Part shown: positions 7,778 to 16,133 of the stretch, in pieces
Position numbering within the stretch: the stretch's first letter is position 1
Layout: every line of letters begins with the position of its first letter
Assembly: GCF_965277525.1 (NCBI RefSeq)
Contig: NZ_CBDIDC010000011.1
Coordinates: 687,068-751,067, forward strand
Source of the DNA: Flavobacterium sp.
GTDB lineage: Bacteria > Bacteroidota > Bacteroidia > Flavobacteriales > Flavobacteriaceae
Direction of reading: 5' to 3'
Length of the DNA stretch: 64,000 nt
The notes under the pieces: model-generated
Seen by the model: only the letters and a program-made list of their open reading frames with translations
Database searches by the model: none
What the model was told of the DNA's origin: nothing
Made by a program: the position numbers and the translations under genes

Positions 7778-8695
7778 ATGAAAAAAACAATACAGACCCC
7801 TGCATTTCAAAACCTTTTAAATGAGTTTGACAGCTATGTAAAAGTGAAGAATTATAAACAGGGAAAAGGCACAATGTACCAGAATGCCGTTTCGGAATTC
7901 CTTATCTGGCTGGAAGCATCTGGAATTACCGCTATCAAAAGCGTAACAGGTAAAGAATCAGTAAGTTATTTTGAATATCTGATAAAAAGACCCAAACACC
8001 GAGGAAACGGAACACTGGCAGGAAAGACCATAAAATTTCATCTGTTTGCTTTAGGGCTCTTTGTTTTGAATCTGCTGGAGAACAGGCATATTGAAAACGC
8101 ATATTACATTCCAAGCTATTCAGGAGAAAATGGAAAAGCCCGAAATGCCCTGAGCGTTGATGAAATCAGGAATATATATAAGCATTGTGTAAGTGATTTA
8201 CAGCGGGCTTTGTTATCAGTTGCTTACGGATGCGGGCTTCGAAGGTCGGAAATTACAGCTTTGAATGTAAGGGATATACAGCTGTCAAAAGGTATTTTAA
8301 TTGTTAGGAACGGAAAAGGAAGCAAAAGACGTGAGGTTCCTATGAGTGATATGGTCGTTGAATATCTCAGAAAATACATAACTGAAGAACGTTACCAGAA
8401 AGTAATAAGCAAAGATTTAATACAGGATGCACTTTTTATCCACGATAACGGAAAACAGATGAATGGCGAATACCTCAACAATATGCTAAAGAAAATAATT
8501 GAACAAACCAATGATTATCAGCTTATACAGAAAGAGATAACGCTTCACTGCCTCAGACACAGCATTGCCAATCATTTAATGGAAAAGAACGCAGGAATAG
8601 ATTTTATACGTGGATTTTTAGGTCATTCGGGAATCAATACAACCTATATCTATGCGGTTCGGAACAAAAAACGAAAACCAGTAACAACCTTTTAA
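7778..8695 (+). CDS. tyrosine recombinase (XerC/D-like integrase)
   Basis: N-terminal SAM-like domain, then GLRRSEITALNVRDI (Arg I), HCLRHS (HxxR) and LGHSGINTTYIYA (His...Tyr). Confidence 0.85.
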   Translation: MKKTIQTPAFQNLLNEFDSYVKVKNYKQGKGTMYQNAVSEFLIWLEASGITAIKSVTGKESVSYFEYLIKRPKHRGNGTLAGKTIKFHLFALGLFVLNLLENRHIENAYYIPSYSGENGKARNALSVDEIRNIYKHCVSDLQRALLSVAYGCGLRRSEITALNVRDIQLSKGILIVRNGKGSKRREVPMSDMVVEYLRKYITEERYQKVISKDLIQDALFIHDNGKQMNGEYLNNMLKKIIEQTNDYQLIQKEITLHCLRHSIANHLMEKNAGIDFIRGFLGHSGINTTYIYAVRNKKRKPVTTF

Positions 8696-8706
8696 GCAAT
8701 CAGCCT

Positions 8707-9573
8707 ATGACCAAATTAACAATTGAAAATTTCCTGCTCCAACATTACAGCATACAGACCGTAAAGAGTTATTTATTTGCTATAAACCATTTTTTAAAAC
8801 GGAACCCCAAAGCTAAACGTTACAAATACAGGAACATCGTGCAGTATATGGAAGAAATCAGCCAAGAACAACCCAATGGAAAATATCGAGTTGTCATTTT
8901 ATCAGCAATCAAAAAATATTATGATTATCTGGTTATGAGCGGATACAGAACAGACCATCCGTGCAGGAAGCTCAATATCAAGGTTAACAGCAATCAGGCT
9001 GTTCAGGTTCAGGATTTGTTTAGCTCAGAAGAGCTTGAGCTTCTCTTGACACGTGAGAATCGATACGAGAATTTGGATACCAGAAACAACGTTCTTTTGA
9101 ATCTGCTGATTTACCAAGGTTTAACCAGTGACGAAATCATAAAATTGAATGTTCAGGACATTGATTTGGACGCAGGAACAATTTATATCAAAGCATCCAG
9201 TAATTTGAGCAGACGCAAATTATCATTGTTAGCTAAACAAATATTGCTATTTTCCAAATACATCACCGAAGTCAGACCCAAAATGCTCAGAGGAGCAACC
9301 GACAAACTGATTATCGGCAAACTGGGCAAGCCTATTACAGTTAACAGTATCCATGCAATGATTGAGCCGTTAAAGCCTTTGTTTCCAGATAAGAACCTCA
9401 ACCCCAGAACTATCCGAATGAGTGTTATTTGCAACTGGCTCAATGAGAAAAAGCTGGCTTTGGAACACGTTCAGGAACTCGCAGGACATAAATGGCCTGG
9501 AACCACAGAGAAGTATATCAAAGCGGACAGCCTGCAACAGCGTGAACTGATAAATAAATACTTTCCGATTTGA
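8707..9573 (+). CDS. tyrosine-recombinase paralog with Arg I replaced (GLTSDE)
   Basis: Same fold pattern as 7778..8695, but GLTSDEIIKLNVQDI has Thr where Arg I is expected. RTIRMS replaces HxLRHS. AGHKWPGTTEKYI keeps His and Tyr. It starts 11 nt after the upstream gene. Confidence 0.65.
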   Translation: MTKLTIENFLLQHYSIQTVKSYLFAINHFLKRNPKAKRYKYRNIVQYMEEISQEQPNGKYRVVILSAIKKYYDYLVMSGYRTDHPCRKLNIKVNSNQAVQVQDLFSSEELELLLTRENRYENLDTRNNVLLNLLIYQGLTSDEIIKLNVQDIDLDAGTIYIKASSNLSRRKLSLLAKQILLFSKYITEVRPKMLRGATDKLIIGKLGKPITVNSIHAMIEPLKPLFPDKNLNPRTIRMSVICNWLNEKKLALEHVQELAGHKWPGTTEKYIKADSLQQRELINKYFPI

Positions 9574-9580
9574 ATAAAAA

Positions 9581-9600
9581 AAGAGGGAAAAATCCCTCTT
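9581..9600 (-). terminator. terminator between convergent genes
   Basis: aagaggga (9581-9588) pairs with tccctctt (9593-9600). The T-run is on the minus strand, serving 9616..9987. Confidence 0.5.
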
Positions 9601-9615
9601 TAATAGATATTAATG

Positions 9616-9987
9616 TTATTTGCATTTGTCAATTTCAGCATCAACATATGAACGCAGTTCTTCTGCATAACTGTCGGGCAAATCATTATCTTCTATCACA
9701 TTTCGAACTACCTGCGGTACATATATCGCTTGGGTGCTCTCAACATAATAGAGTTCTTTTTCTCGTTTTGTTTCATTGCTGAATGATTTTGCAAATGCAT
9801 ATTGTTCGCAATATTTCTGAACTATCGCTGTTTGCGCCCACGTTTTTAGCTCATCCATGCTTTTTGTTTTCGGATGGTCTTTGTCCCACTCTCTGTCATA
9901 GTGTTTGCTTAACATGTAGGCTCCTAGGCAAAGAAGCGTTACACCTACCAAAAATATTCTAACAAGAATTGTTAACGGTTTATTCAT
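9616..9987 (-). CDS. small N-terminally membrane-anchored protein
   Basis: A hydrophobic helix (LTILVRIFLVGVTLLCLGAYML) is followed by a charged soluble domain, and the gene has its own terminator. Confidence 0.5.
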   Translation of the reverse strand: MNKPLTILVRIFLVGVTLLCLGAYMLSKHYDREWDKDHPKTKSMDELKTWAQTAIVQKYCEQYAFAKSFSNETKREKELYYVESTQAIYVPQVVRNVIEDNDLPDSYAEELRSYVDAEIDKCK

Positions 9988-10041
9988 TTTTGTAGTTTTT
10001 AGTTGATTTAAAATTCAGGCAAATATATTAAAAATTCTATT

Positions 10042-10067
10042 TTATAGTGTACTAAATTATAGAGTAC
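10042..10067. promoter_or_regulatory. direct repeat TTATAG(T/A)GTAC x2 in the divergent promoter region; candidate XRE operator
   Basis: ttatagtgtac at 10042-10052 and ttatagagtac at 10057-10067, about 35 nt upstream of the XRE start codon. Confidence 0.3.
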
Positions 10068-10099
10068 CACAAAAAAGACAAAATATTGAGATTTGGAGT

Positions 10100-10363
10100 A
10101 TGAAAGATTCTACCCAAACAAACAATATAGAAGAACTTAATGCAATTGCATTGAGACTTAAAGAACTGAGAAAAGCAAAAGGATATTCCAATTATGAGCA
10201 TATTGCATTTGCTTTGGAAATGAGCCGTTCAGCTTACTGGAGATTAGAAACTGGAGCTAATTTTGAATTAAAAACACTTATTAAAATTTGTAGAGTGCTG
10301 GAAATTAGCCTTGAAGAGTTTTTTAAAGGAATTGACCTGCCAAAATCAAAGATAAAAAGCTAA
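10100..10363 (+). CDS. XRE-family helix-turn-helix transcriptional regulator
   Basis: LKELRKAKGYSNYEHIAFALEMSRSAYWRLETG is a typical Cro/CI-type HTH. Confidence 0.8.
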   Translation: MKDSTQTNNIEELNAIALRLKELRKAKGYSNYEHIAFALEMSRSAYWRLETGANFELKTLIKICRVLEISLEEFFKGIDLPKSKIKS

Positions 10364-10427
10364 AAAAAATTATAAAACTGTCCTATTTGTATCCCCCGCC
10401 AATACTGGGAACTTTAAAAATTACAAT

Positions 10428-10470
10428 AAAACTCTAAGTCATAACTGTTTGATTTAGAGTTTTTTGTTTT
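10428..10470 (+). terminator. hairpin and T-run downstream of the XRE gene
   Basis: aaaactctaa (10428-10437) pairs with ttagagtttt (10454-10463) and is followed by ttgtttt. The loop is large (16 nt). Confidence 0.4.
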
Positions 10471-10535
10471 AGTATCTGTCAAAATTTACTGTCCTATTTT
10501 ATTTTAGACCCTAAAATTACCTTCGCAAAAGAAAG

Positions 10536-10775
10536 TTGAATGTTTCAACCTTCATTGAAAGAATCATTTTTCAATTTGCAAACGATAATAAAATCAACGA
10601 TATGAATAATTTTACATTTTTTTTAGGTTTTATTCTGATAATAACCTCAATGTTTATGGCATTTCCAGAAAGAGCAAGAAAAGCTACTAAATGTCTAATC
10701 CAATTAGTCGGAGCTTTGTTTATCAGTAAAGCATTTCAAGCAATAACAGCTTATTTCAACCGAAATAAACCGTAA
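10536..10775 (+). CDS. small membrane protein (more likely starts at ATG 10602)
   Basis: The track start is TTG. The internal ATG gives MNNFTFFLGFILIITSMFMAF..., with one clear TM helix. Confidence 0.3.
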   Translation: MNVSTFIERIIFQFANDNKINDMNNFTFFLGFILIITSMFMAFPERARKATKCLIQLVGALFISKAFQAITAYFNRNKP

Positions 10776-10819
10776 TGATTATTTTTTATAAATGAAAAAT
10801 ATTACATTTGAATCGCTAG

Positions 10820-11785
10820 GATATAGAGAAAAGGACGTTCTTACTACATTATAGAAACTTTGCAGAACCTTATAAGTATAAGTACAACGGGAAAGAGCTC
10901 CAAGATGAGAGTATTGGCGGGAATCAGCTGAATTGGTATGACATGGAAGCTCGAAATTATATGCCTGACATTGGTCGTTGGGGTAATATGGATAAACTGG
11001 CTGAAAGTTTCTTTGTTTTATCTCCATATAATTTTTCAAATAATAATCCAGTATATTTTTCTGACTCTAGTGGTCTTTCTCCAGATGGACCAAAAGAAGC
11101 AATTGCTTCAACTATTGTAAGAAATGGAAGAGTAATAGAACATCGAGACGATGGCGACCCAGGTATTTATTTAGCTGATTTTGGCTGGCAAGTGGGTGGA
11201 TCGACTCAGGGTTTGTCATTATTAGGTTTTGAAAAACCAGGTGAAACTTATAACGTAGGCGATAGGATTATGTTTGATTTATCTGGTTATGGTACAACAA
11301 GTCAGCCTAAAAGAGCATTAGGTGTAACTTATGCTATTGGTGGTGCTTATGATATAACTGGAGCTTGGGAAGCTTTTTTTACAGAGTTGTTTTCGGAACT
11401 AGGTGATGATTCTCCAGAAACAGCACTTGCATTTGCAGTTGTGACGAAAGGAAAGGTAAAACCAAAACTTGCCGTTAGATTATTAGAAAATTTACCTACC
11501 CAGATTCATCATTTTGCAACAAATAAACATTCAAAATATTCAAAACAAATGGCAAAGATAATAGAGCAATATAATTTAAAATTGAGTGGTTCTTGGAACA
11601 AAGGTGCGTTACCACATTTGGGACGGCACCCGAATGCATATCATGATTTTGTTCTTGAAAGCATGCAAAAAGCTAGTATGGAGGCAGGAAATGACAAAGC
11701 AAAATTCTTAAAATTGTTTGACCAATATGTCAAACAACCCGTTATTGAGAATCCAAATTTATTAAGAAAATCAGGCTGGGAATAA
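10820..11785 (+). CDS. orphan Rhs/YD-repeat C-terminal module: core-end motif plus an HNH/EndoVII (AHH/SHH-like) nuclease toxin domain; 5'-truncated
   Basis: The frame is open from 10820 with no upstream rhs body. It reads YKYKYNGKELQDE...YDMEARNYMPDIGRWGNMD...SPYNFSNNNPVYFSDSSGL (Rhs core end), then IHHFATNKH...LPHLGRHPNAYHDF. The internal ATG at 10943 is the track start. Confidence 0.7.
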   Translation, partial: DIEKRTFLLHYRNFAEPYKYKYNGKELQDESIGGNQLNWYDMEARNYMPDIGRWGNMDKLAESFFVLSPYNFSNNNPVYFSDSSGLSPDGPKEAIASTIVRNGRVIEHRDDGDPGIYLADFGWQVGGSTQGLSLLGFEKPGETYNVGDRIMFDLSGYGTTSQPKRALGVTYAIGGAYDITGAWEAFFTELFSELGDDSPETALAFAVVTKGKVKPKLAVRLLENLPTQIHHFATNKHSKYSKQMAKIIEQYNLKLSGSWNKGALPHLGRHPNAYHDFVLESMQKASMEAGNDKAKFLKLFDQYVKQPVIENPNLLRKSGWE

Positions 11786-12384
11786 TGAGTAAGTATTTTT
11801 TTTTAAGTTGGAAGAATTCAACACAAACAGCAAGTGCAATTTATGAAATCGAACATCAGATTGCACATGAGCTAATCCCTGAATTAGAAGGAAAAGAATC
11901 ACTGCCGTTTAACTTTAATTTAAAACGAATTAGAGAAACAAAAGATGATATAATCATAGATGATAATTTGGATGAATTACAAGAAATTTGGCTGGATTAC
12001 CTACCAAATAGCCTTGCTTGGCCTTTAATGTCCCAAAAATTAAAATTGGTAGTGCAAGAAAACCTTACAGAAAATGAAGGTGTTGACTGGCTTGATTGTA
12101 AAGTTAATTATGGAAATGAAGAAAGAATATATTATATTTTAAGATTCAACAAAATATTGGATGTTTTGGATATGACAGAAACAAGTTTTGTTAGAGGTAC
12201 TGACCATATAATAAGACCAGTTTTTTCATATTCAAAAGTTAGAAATCTTAATATTTTTAGCAAACCAGCATATCAATATTTATGGAGAATTACATCGGGA
12301 CTGTATGTTAGTGAGAAATTAAAAAAAGAAATACAAAAAATGAAATTGACAGGACTTGATTTTTCAAAAGTACGAGTGATTTAA
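11785..12384 (+). CDS. putative cognate immunity protein
   Basis: Its start overlaps the toxin stop (TAATG). The N-terminus and size are similar to the protein that follows the second AHH/SHH-like toxin (25851..26543). Confidence 0.55.
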   Translation: MSKYFFLSWKNSTQTASAIYEIEHQIAHELIPELEGKESLPFNFNLKRIRETKDDIIIDDNLDELQEIWLDYLPNSLAWPLMSQKLKLVVQENLTENEGVDWLDCKVNYGNEERIYYILRFNKILDVLDMTETSFVRGTDHIIRPVFSYSKVRNLNIFSKPAYQYLWRITSGLYVSEKLKKEIQKMKLTGLDFSKVRVI

Positions 12385-12401
12385 ATTATTGTAGTAGAAA
12401 A

Positions 12402-12887
12402 ATGAAAAGCCTACCTAATAATAATGAACCTTTAGAATTGAGTATTAATAAGCAATATTATGTTATTGATGCTCTTTATTTAACTGAGATAAAAAGTGAA
12501 TTCTTAAAAGCTAATATTTTGCCGAAGGATATTAGAAACGAAGTTTTTCCTTATACAGATACTCCTTTTGCACTATATAAACCAAATGAGAGTACTTTTT
12601 ATATAAATCAAATTATAAAAGTAGACTATGATGAAGTTGTTTTAGAAGATTTCTCTTTTTTTTCGACGGATACAGGATTAATAGTCTTTATTACAGAAGA
12701 TATATTAGTAGAATTTTTAAAAGATTTCAATTATGAAGATTTAGTAGATTCAGAAAATGAATTAATAGATGAAAAATATTGGAAACAATTAGTTAGAAAA
12801 TTTGACACCACAGATGTTGGATTAATTTTAGCAGATGTAAATTCAGAAAATGATTTTGATGGAAGTGGAACTTATAGGGTCATTTAA
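12402..12887 (+). CDS. hypothetical acidic protein, possible additional immunity protein
   Basis: Same strand, 17 nt after the upstream gene, and followed by a strong terminator. Confidence 0.4.
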   Translation: MKSLPNNNEPLELSINKQYYVIDALYLTEIKSEFLKANILPKDIRNEVFPYTDTPFALYKPNESTFYINQIIKVDYDEVVLEDFSFFSTDTGLIVFITEDILVEFLKDFNYEDLVDSENELIDEKYWKQLVRKFDTTDVGLILADVNSENDFDGSGTYRVI

Positions 12888-12930
12888 TATCCTAAGTATC
12901 CTAATCAACAATAAAATAGAATTAAAAAGT

Positions 12931-12960
12931 AAAACCTCGCCATTTGGCGAGGTTTTTTTA
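12931..12960 (+). terminator. rho-independent terminator
   Basis: aaaacctcgcc (12931-12941) pairs with ggcgaggtttt (12946-12956), then a T-run. Confidence 0.7.
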
Positions 12961-13130
12961 TGTTTTAGAATATGTAAAAACTCCAATGAGAGCTACGTTT
13001 TTTTTGGAAGTATGTCAAACTTATAGTCCAACTGAAAACAAATGTTCTTGATATTCTTGCAAAAAAGATGCCTTACCTTTTTATGTGAATAAATAGAAAA
13101 CTCACTGAAAGTTCGAGTTTTTTTTGATTT

Positions 13131-13445
13131 TTAGACAATCGAAAACGGTTTTTGCTTGTTGTTATTTTTAGGGAAAAATAAGTTCTTAAAAGTAAAATAA
13201 AAGTATCCTGCCGTAATACTAATTGAAATAATGAAAGTTGATGAACTCATATAGAATCCATTTATTGAAAGTTTATGTTTTAATAATATCATTGTGAAGA
13301 TGAAAAGATGAATAAAAAGAAAGAAAATGAACCCAACTATTACAGAAACTTTAAGAATATTTTTTCCAAATTTAGAATCGTAAAATATTGTTGCGTGTTT
13401 AGCTAAATCTTTTCTACAGGTGGATATTCTGGATAAAGTGAGCAC
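13131..13445 (-). CDS. small multi-pass membrane protein whose first codons are replaced by an IS21 end (hybrid ORF)
   Basis: Codons for MLTLSRIST lie inside the IS. The remainder (CRKDLAKHATIFYDSKF...) continues the pre-insertion ORF MMCRKDLAKH..., which is reconstructed across the IS. Confidence 0.5.
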   Translation of the reverse strand: MLTLSRISTCRKDLAKHATIFYDSKFGKNILKVSVIVGFIFFLFIHLFIFTMILLKHKLSINGFYMSSSTFIISISITAGYFYFTFKNLFFPKNNNKQKPFSIV

Positions 13446-13523
13446 CTAATTCTGGATAAAAGTGAGCAGTATAAATGAACTCAAAAAGGTGTCTAAAAAG
13501 TAGTTTAAAAGTATAAAATTATT

Positions 13524-14264
13524 TTACTCTATTGGTTGTTTTTCTATTTTCTTTTTTCTCATTGATTCTCCCTTTAATTCTATCCGAAGGGCATTGTGAA
13601 CGATTCTGTCTAAAATTGCATCTGCAATGGTTTGTTCTGCAATAACTTCATGCCAGGATTCAACTGGGAGCTGCGAAGCAATAATAGTTGATTTTTTTCC
13701 ATGCCTGTCCTCAATTATCTCCATAAGATCCTGCCTTTTAAAGTTATCTAATGATTGCAGCCCAAAATCATCTAGTATAATGAGGTCCTGCTTTTCTATT
13801 TTATTAATTTCTTTTATGTAAGAGCCGTCAGCTTTAGCCATTTTAAGTTTAGAGAAAAGTTTATTGATATTAAAATACATTACTTTGTAGCCCATCATAC
13901 AGGCTTTATAACCAATTGCTGTAGCTATAAAGCTTTTACCAACACCCGTACTTCCACAGACCAGGATGTTTTGTTTGTTTTTTATAAAATCACAAAACTC
14001 AAGTCTGTTTATTAAGTTTTTATCTACTCCTCTGGAACTGTCAAAATCGATTTCTTCGATAAAAGCTTTATACCTGAACTTGGCAGTATTGATCAATCTT
14101 TCTACTTTTCGATTTTCTCTGTCATCATATTCAGAGTTAATTAAATAAGCAATAAGTTCATCATTTGTGTAATCGATACTACTTGCCTCTAAAGTAGTAT
14201 TAAAGGCTCTGGACATTCCGTAGAGCCTTAACTGTTTCATTTTTTCTAATGTTTGATCATTCAT
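13524..14264 (-). CDS. istB: IS21-family helper ATPase IstB
   Basis: Walker A GSTGVGKS and Walker B DLIILDDFG, DnaA/DnaC-like AAA+. Located downstream of istA. Confidence 0.9.
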   Translation of the reverse strand: MNDQTLEKMKQLRLYGMSRAFNTTLEASSIDYTNDELIAYLINSEYDDRENRKVERLINTAKFRYKAFIEEIDFDSSRGVDKNLINRLEFCDFIKNKQNILVCGSTGVGKSFIATAIGYKACMMGYKVMYFNINKLFSKLKMAKADGSYIKEINKIEKQDLIILDDFGLQSLDNFKRQDLMEIIEDRHGKKSTIIASQLPVESWHEVIAEQTIADAILDRIVHNALRIELKGESMRKKKIEKQPIE

Positions 14265-14286
14265 ATAGTTATTTCATTAATGGTTG

Positions 14287-15876
14287 TTATTTGTAATATT
14301 CCTTGCCTCTAATATTATTATGTTTTGGTATTTCTTTATCTTCAATAGCAGGATCTTCATCAATGAACTCTAATCCTTTCTCCAGGATAGATTTGATGAT
14401 TGGGTAATTTATTTTTTCATAATCCATCGCTCTCTTACAAGCATTGTTTAATCTGTCATTGCCTACTTTATTGGCTAAACTTAACACGCCGGTACAGGAT
14501 TTATAAGATTGCTCGGGATGCTGTTTTTTATCTAATATTTGTATAATAAATGATTTGCAAAATTCTCCAACAGAAGCTCCCCATTGGATAAACCTCTCAG
14601 GATTCCACTCGGCCACAAACTGATGTGATGTGGGCATGTGTTCGTTATTTGTTGTATAAAGATATTTGGAGTAGTCCCTCTGATGACTGGCTATTATGCG
14701 CTGCCCATGATAAATCTCAACGGTAGTCTTACTGTAAATAATCAATACTTTCTTGCCCATATAAATAAAAGGCACGCTATAATAGTGTTTGTCTTTATTG
14801 AGATAAACATGGCTGGATTTATGAACGGTTGCTTTAGCAAAACCTTTGAGCTGATAGGGATTAACAGGTAAAAATGATAGTGCTTCTTTTTCTATCTCAT
14901 TAAACAAATCTAATCTTGAGTATTTTCTGCCTTTAAAAGACATTGTATTATGCTTTTCTAAAAGTGGTAAAATAGCATCATTAAGGGCTTCTATAGTAAA
15001 AAATTCTTCTTTGCGTAAAGGGGCAAAAATTCTGGTATAAATTATTCTTACTGCATTTTCAACCAGAGCCTTATCTTTTGGGTGATAAGCTCTTGTGGGA
15101 AGTATTGTAGTTGCGTAATGAGATGCAAAGTCTAATAAATATTCCGTTACTAAGGGCTCATATTTATCACTCTTTTTAACGGCTGTTCTTAAATTATCCG
15201 TTACAATAGCACTTGGAACACCCTGATAGTAGTCTAGCATTTTTACCAAACTTCCCATAAAGTCTTCTTTGTTTTGAGTCCTGGTAGCTTCTACAAAAGT
15301 AAGTCCGCTTGCTCCCAGTACACTTACAAAAACTTCTACTTCACACACTTCTCCTGTAGACTGGTCAATAACGGATAATTTCTTTCCTGTATAGTCTACA
15401 AAAACTTTATCCCCTGCCTTATGATGCATATGCATAGAGGGTTTGAGTTTGCCTCGCCAATTTTGATAATGGTAGCAAAACTGGGAATAACTGTAGCCAT
15501 TAGGATGATTTTCCCTATACTCTTCCCAGAGCAATTGTCGGGTAACACCAACTCGCTTTAATTCTTTTTCTATCGTGGGAAATAAGGATTCTAAAACTAT
15601 GTTTTTTTCTGGAACAGCTTTTATCTGTCCATCAAAGAGTTCTTCCAGATCTTCATTACTAAGACCTGATAACTCTTGATAGGTAAAAGAATTTTGATGA
15701 AATGATTCAATATATTTCTTTACAGTATTGCGTGATAAGCCTAATTGTCTGCTTATTTGGAGCTTACTTACTCCTTGAGTATATAAACGTAATAATTGCA
15801 AAATGTTTCTCATATCCAGTCGTTTATTTGCCATATCTTTTGTTTTAAAAACAAGTAAGATATTCTTTACAAACAC
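14287..15876 (-). CDS. istA: IS21-family transposase IstA (likely true start MANKRLDMRN at 15834)
   Basis: N-terminal HTH (SRQLGLSRNTVKKY), a DDE core (VFVDYTG..., VTDNLRTAV) and a typical IstA C-terminal domain. Confidence 0.9.
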   Translation of the reverse strand: MFVKNILLVFKTKDMANKRLDMRNILQLLRLYTQGVSKLQISRQLGLSRNTVKKYIESFHQNSFTYQELSGLSNEDLEELFDGQIKAVPEKNIVLESLFPTIEKELKRVGVTRQLLWEEYRENHPNGYSYSQFCYHYQNWRGKLKPSMHMHHKAGDKVFVDYTGKKLSVIDQSTGEVCEVEVFVSVLGASGLTFVEATRTQNKEDFMGSLVKMLDYYQGVPSAIVTDNLRTAVKKSDKYEPLVTEYLLDFASHYATTILPTRAYHPKDKALVENAVRIIYTRIFAPLRKEEFFTIEALNDAILPLLEKHNTMSFKGRKYSRLDLFNEIEKEALSFLPVNPYQLKGFAKATVHKSSHVYLNKDKHYYSVPFIYMGKKVLIIYSKTTVEIYHGQRIIASHQRDYSKYLYTTNNEHMPTSHQFVAEWNPERFIQWGASVGEFCKSFIIQILDKKQHPEQSYKSCTGVLSLANKVGNDRLNNACKRAMDYEKINYPIIKSILEKGLEFIDEDPAIEDKEIPKHNNIRGKEYYK

Positions 15877-16133
15877 TACTTTTTGAGGTGGTCACTTTGA
15901 ACCGGAATCAAATGATCTCTTTCACAAGAATAGGGTGGTCACTTTAAACCGGAATCAACTGATCTCTTTTACCGGAATGGGATGCTCACTTTTGCCAGAA
16001 TTTGCACTTACACATCATAAACTCACTTTATTTATTTTACTTCGTAAGATTTAAGCATTATTTTTTTTTATGACTGCTAATATAGAACAATTTTTAAATC
16101 AGATAATTGCTAAATTAATTGGTATGTTTTTTA

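Larger units (their letters stand above)
13419..16008 (-). mobile_element. IS21-family insertion sequence (istA-istB) with a 4-bp TACA target duplication
   Basis: Terminal inverted repeats are ggtggatattctggataaagtgagca (left) and the complement of tgctcacttttgccagaatttgcact (right). Subterminal repeats include 36-bp units at 15887-15922 and 15934-15969. TACA occurs at 13415-13418 and 16009-16012. Confidence 0.85.

Noticed and set aside
9570-9782. Plus-strand 70-aa ORF
   Set aside because: It is antisense to 9616..9987, starts inside the terminator region, and has a His/Cys-rich nonsense-like translation.
10377-10499. 12-nt direct repeat actgtcctattt (10377-10388 and 10488-10499) as an att or arm-type site of the replicon-like module
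   Set aside because: There are only two short A/T-rich copies, and I could find no partner near the left junction (1059-1118). This is too weak to call a recombination site.
10779-11120. ORFs 10779..11039 (minus) and 10938..11120 (plus, alternative frame)
   Set aside because: Both overlap the Rhs core-end coding frame, which is strongly supported by its conserved motifs.
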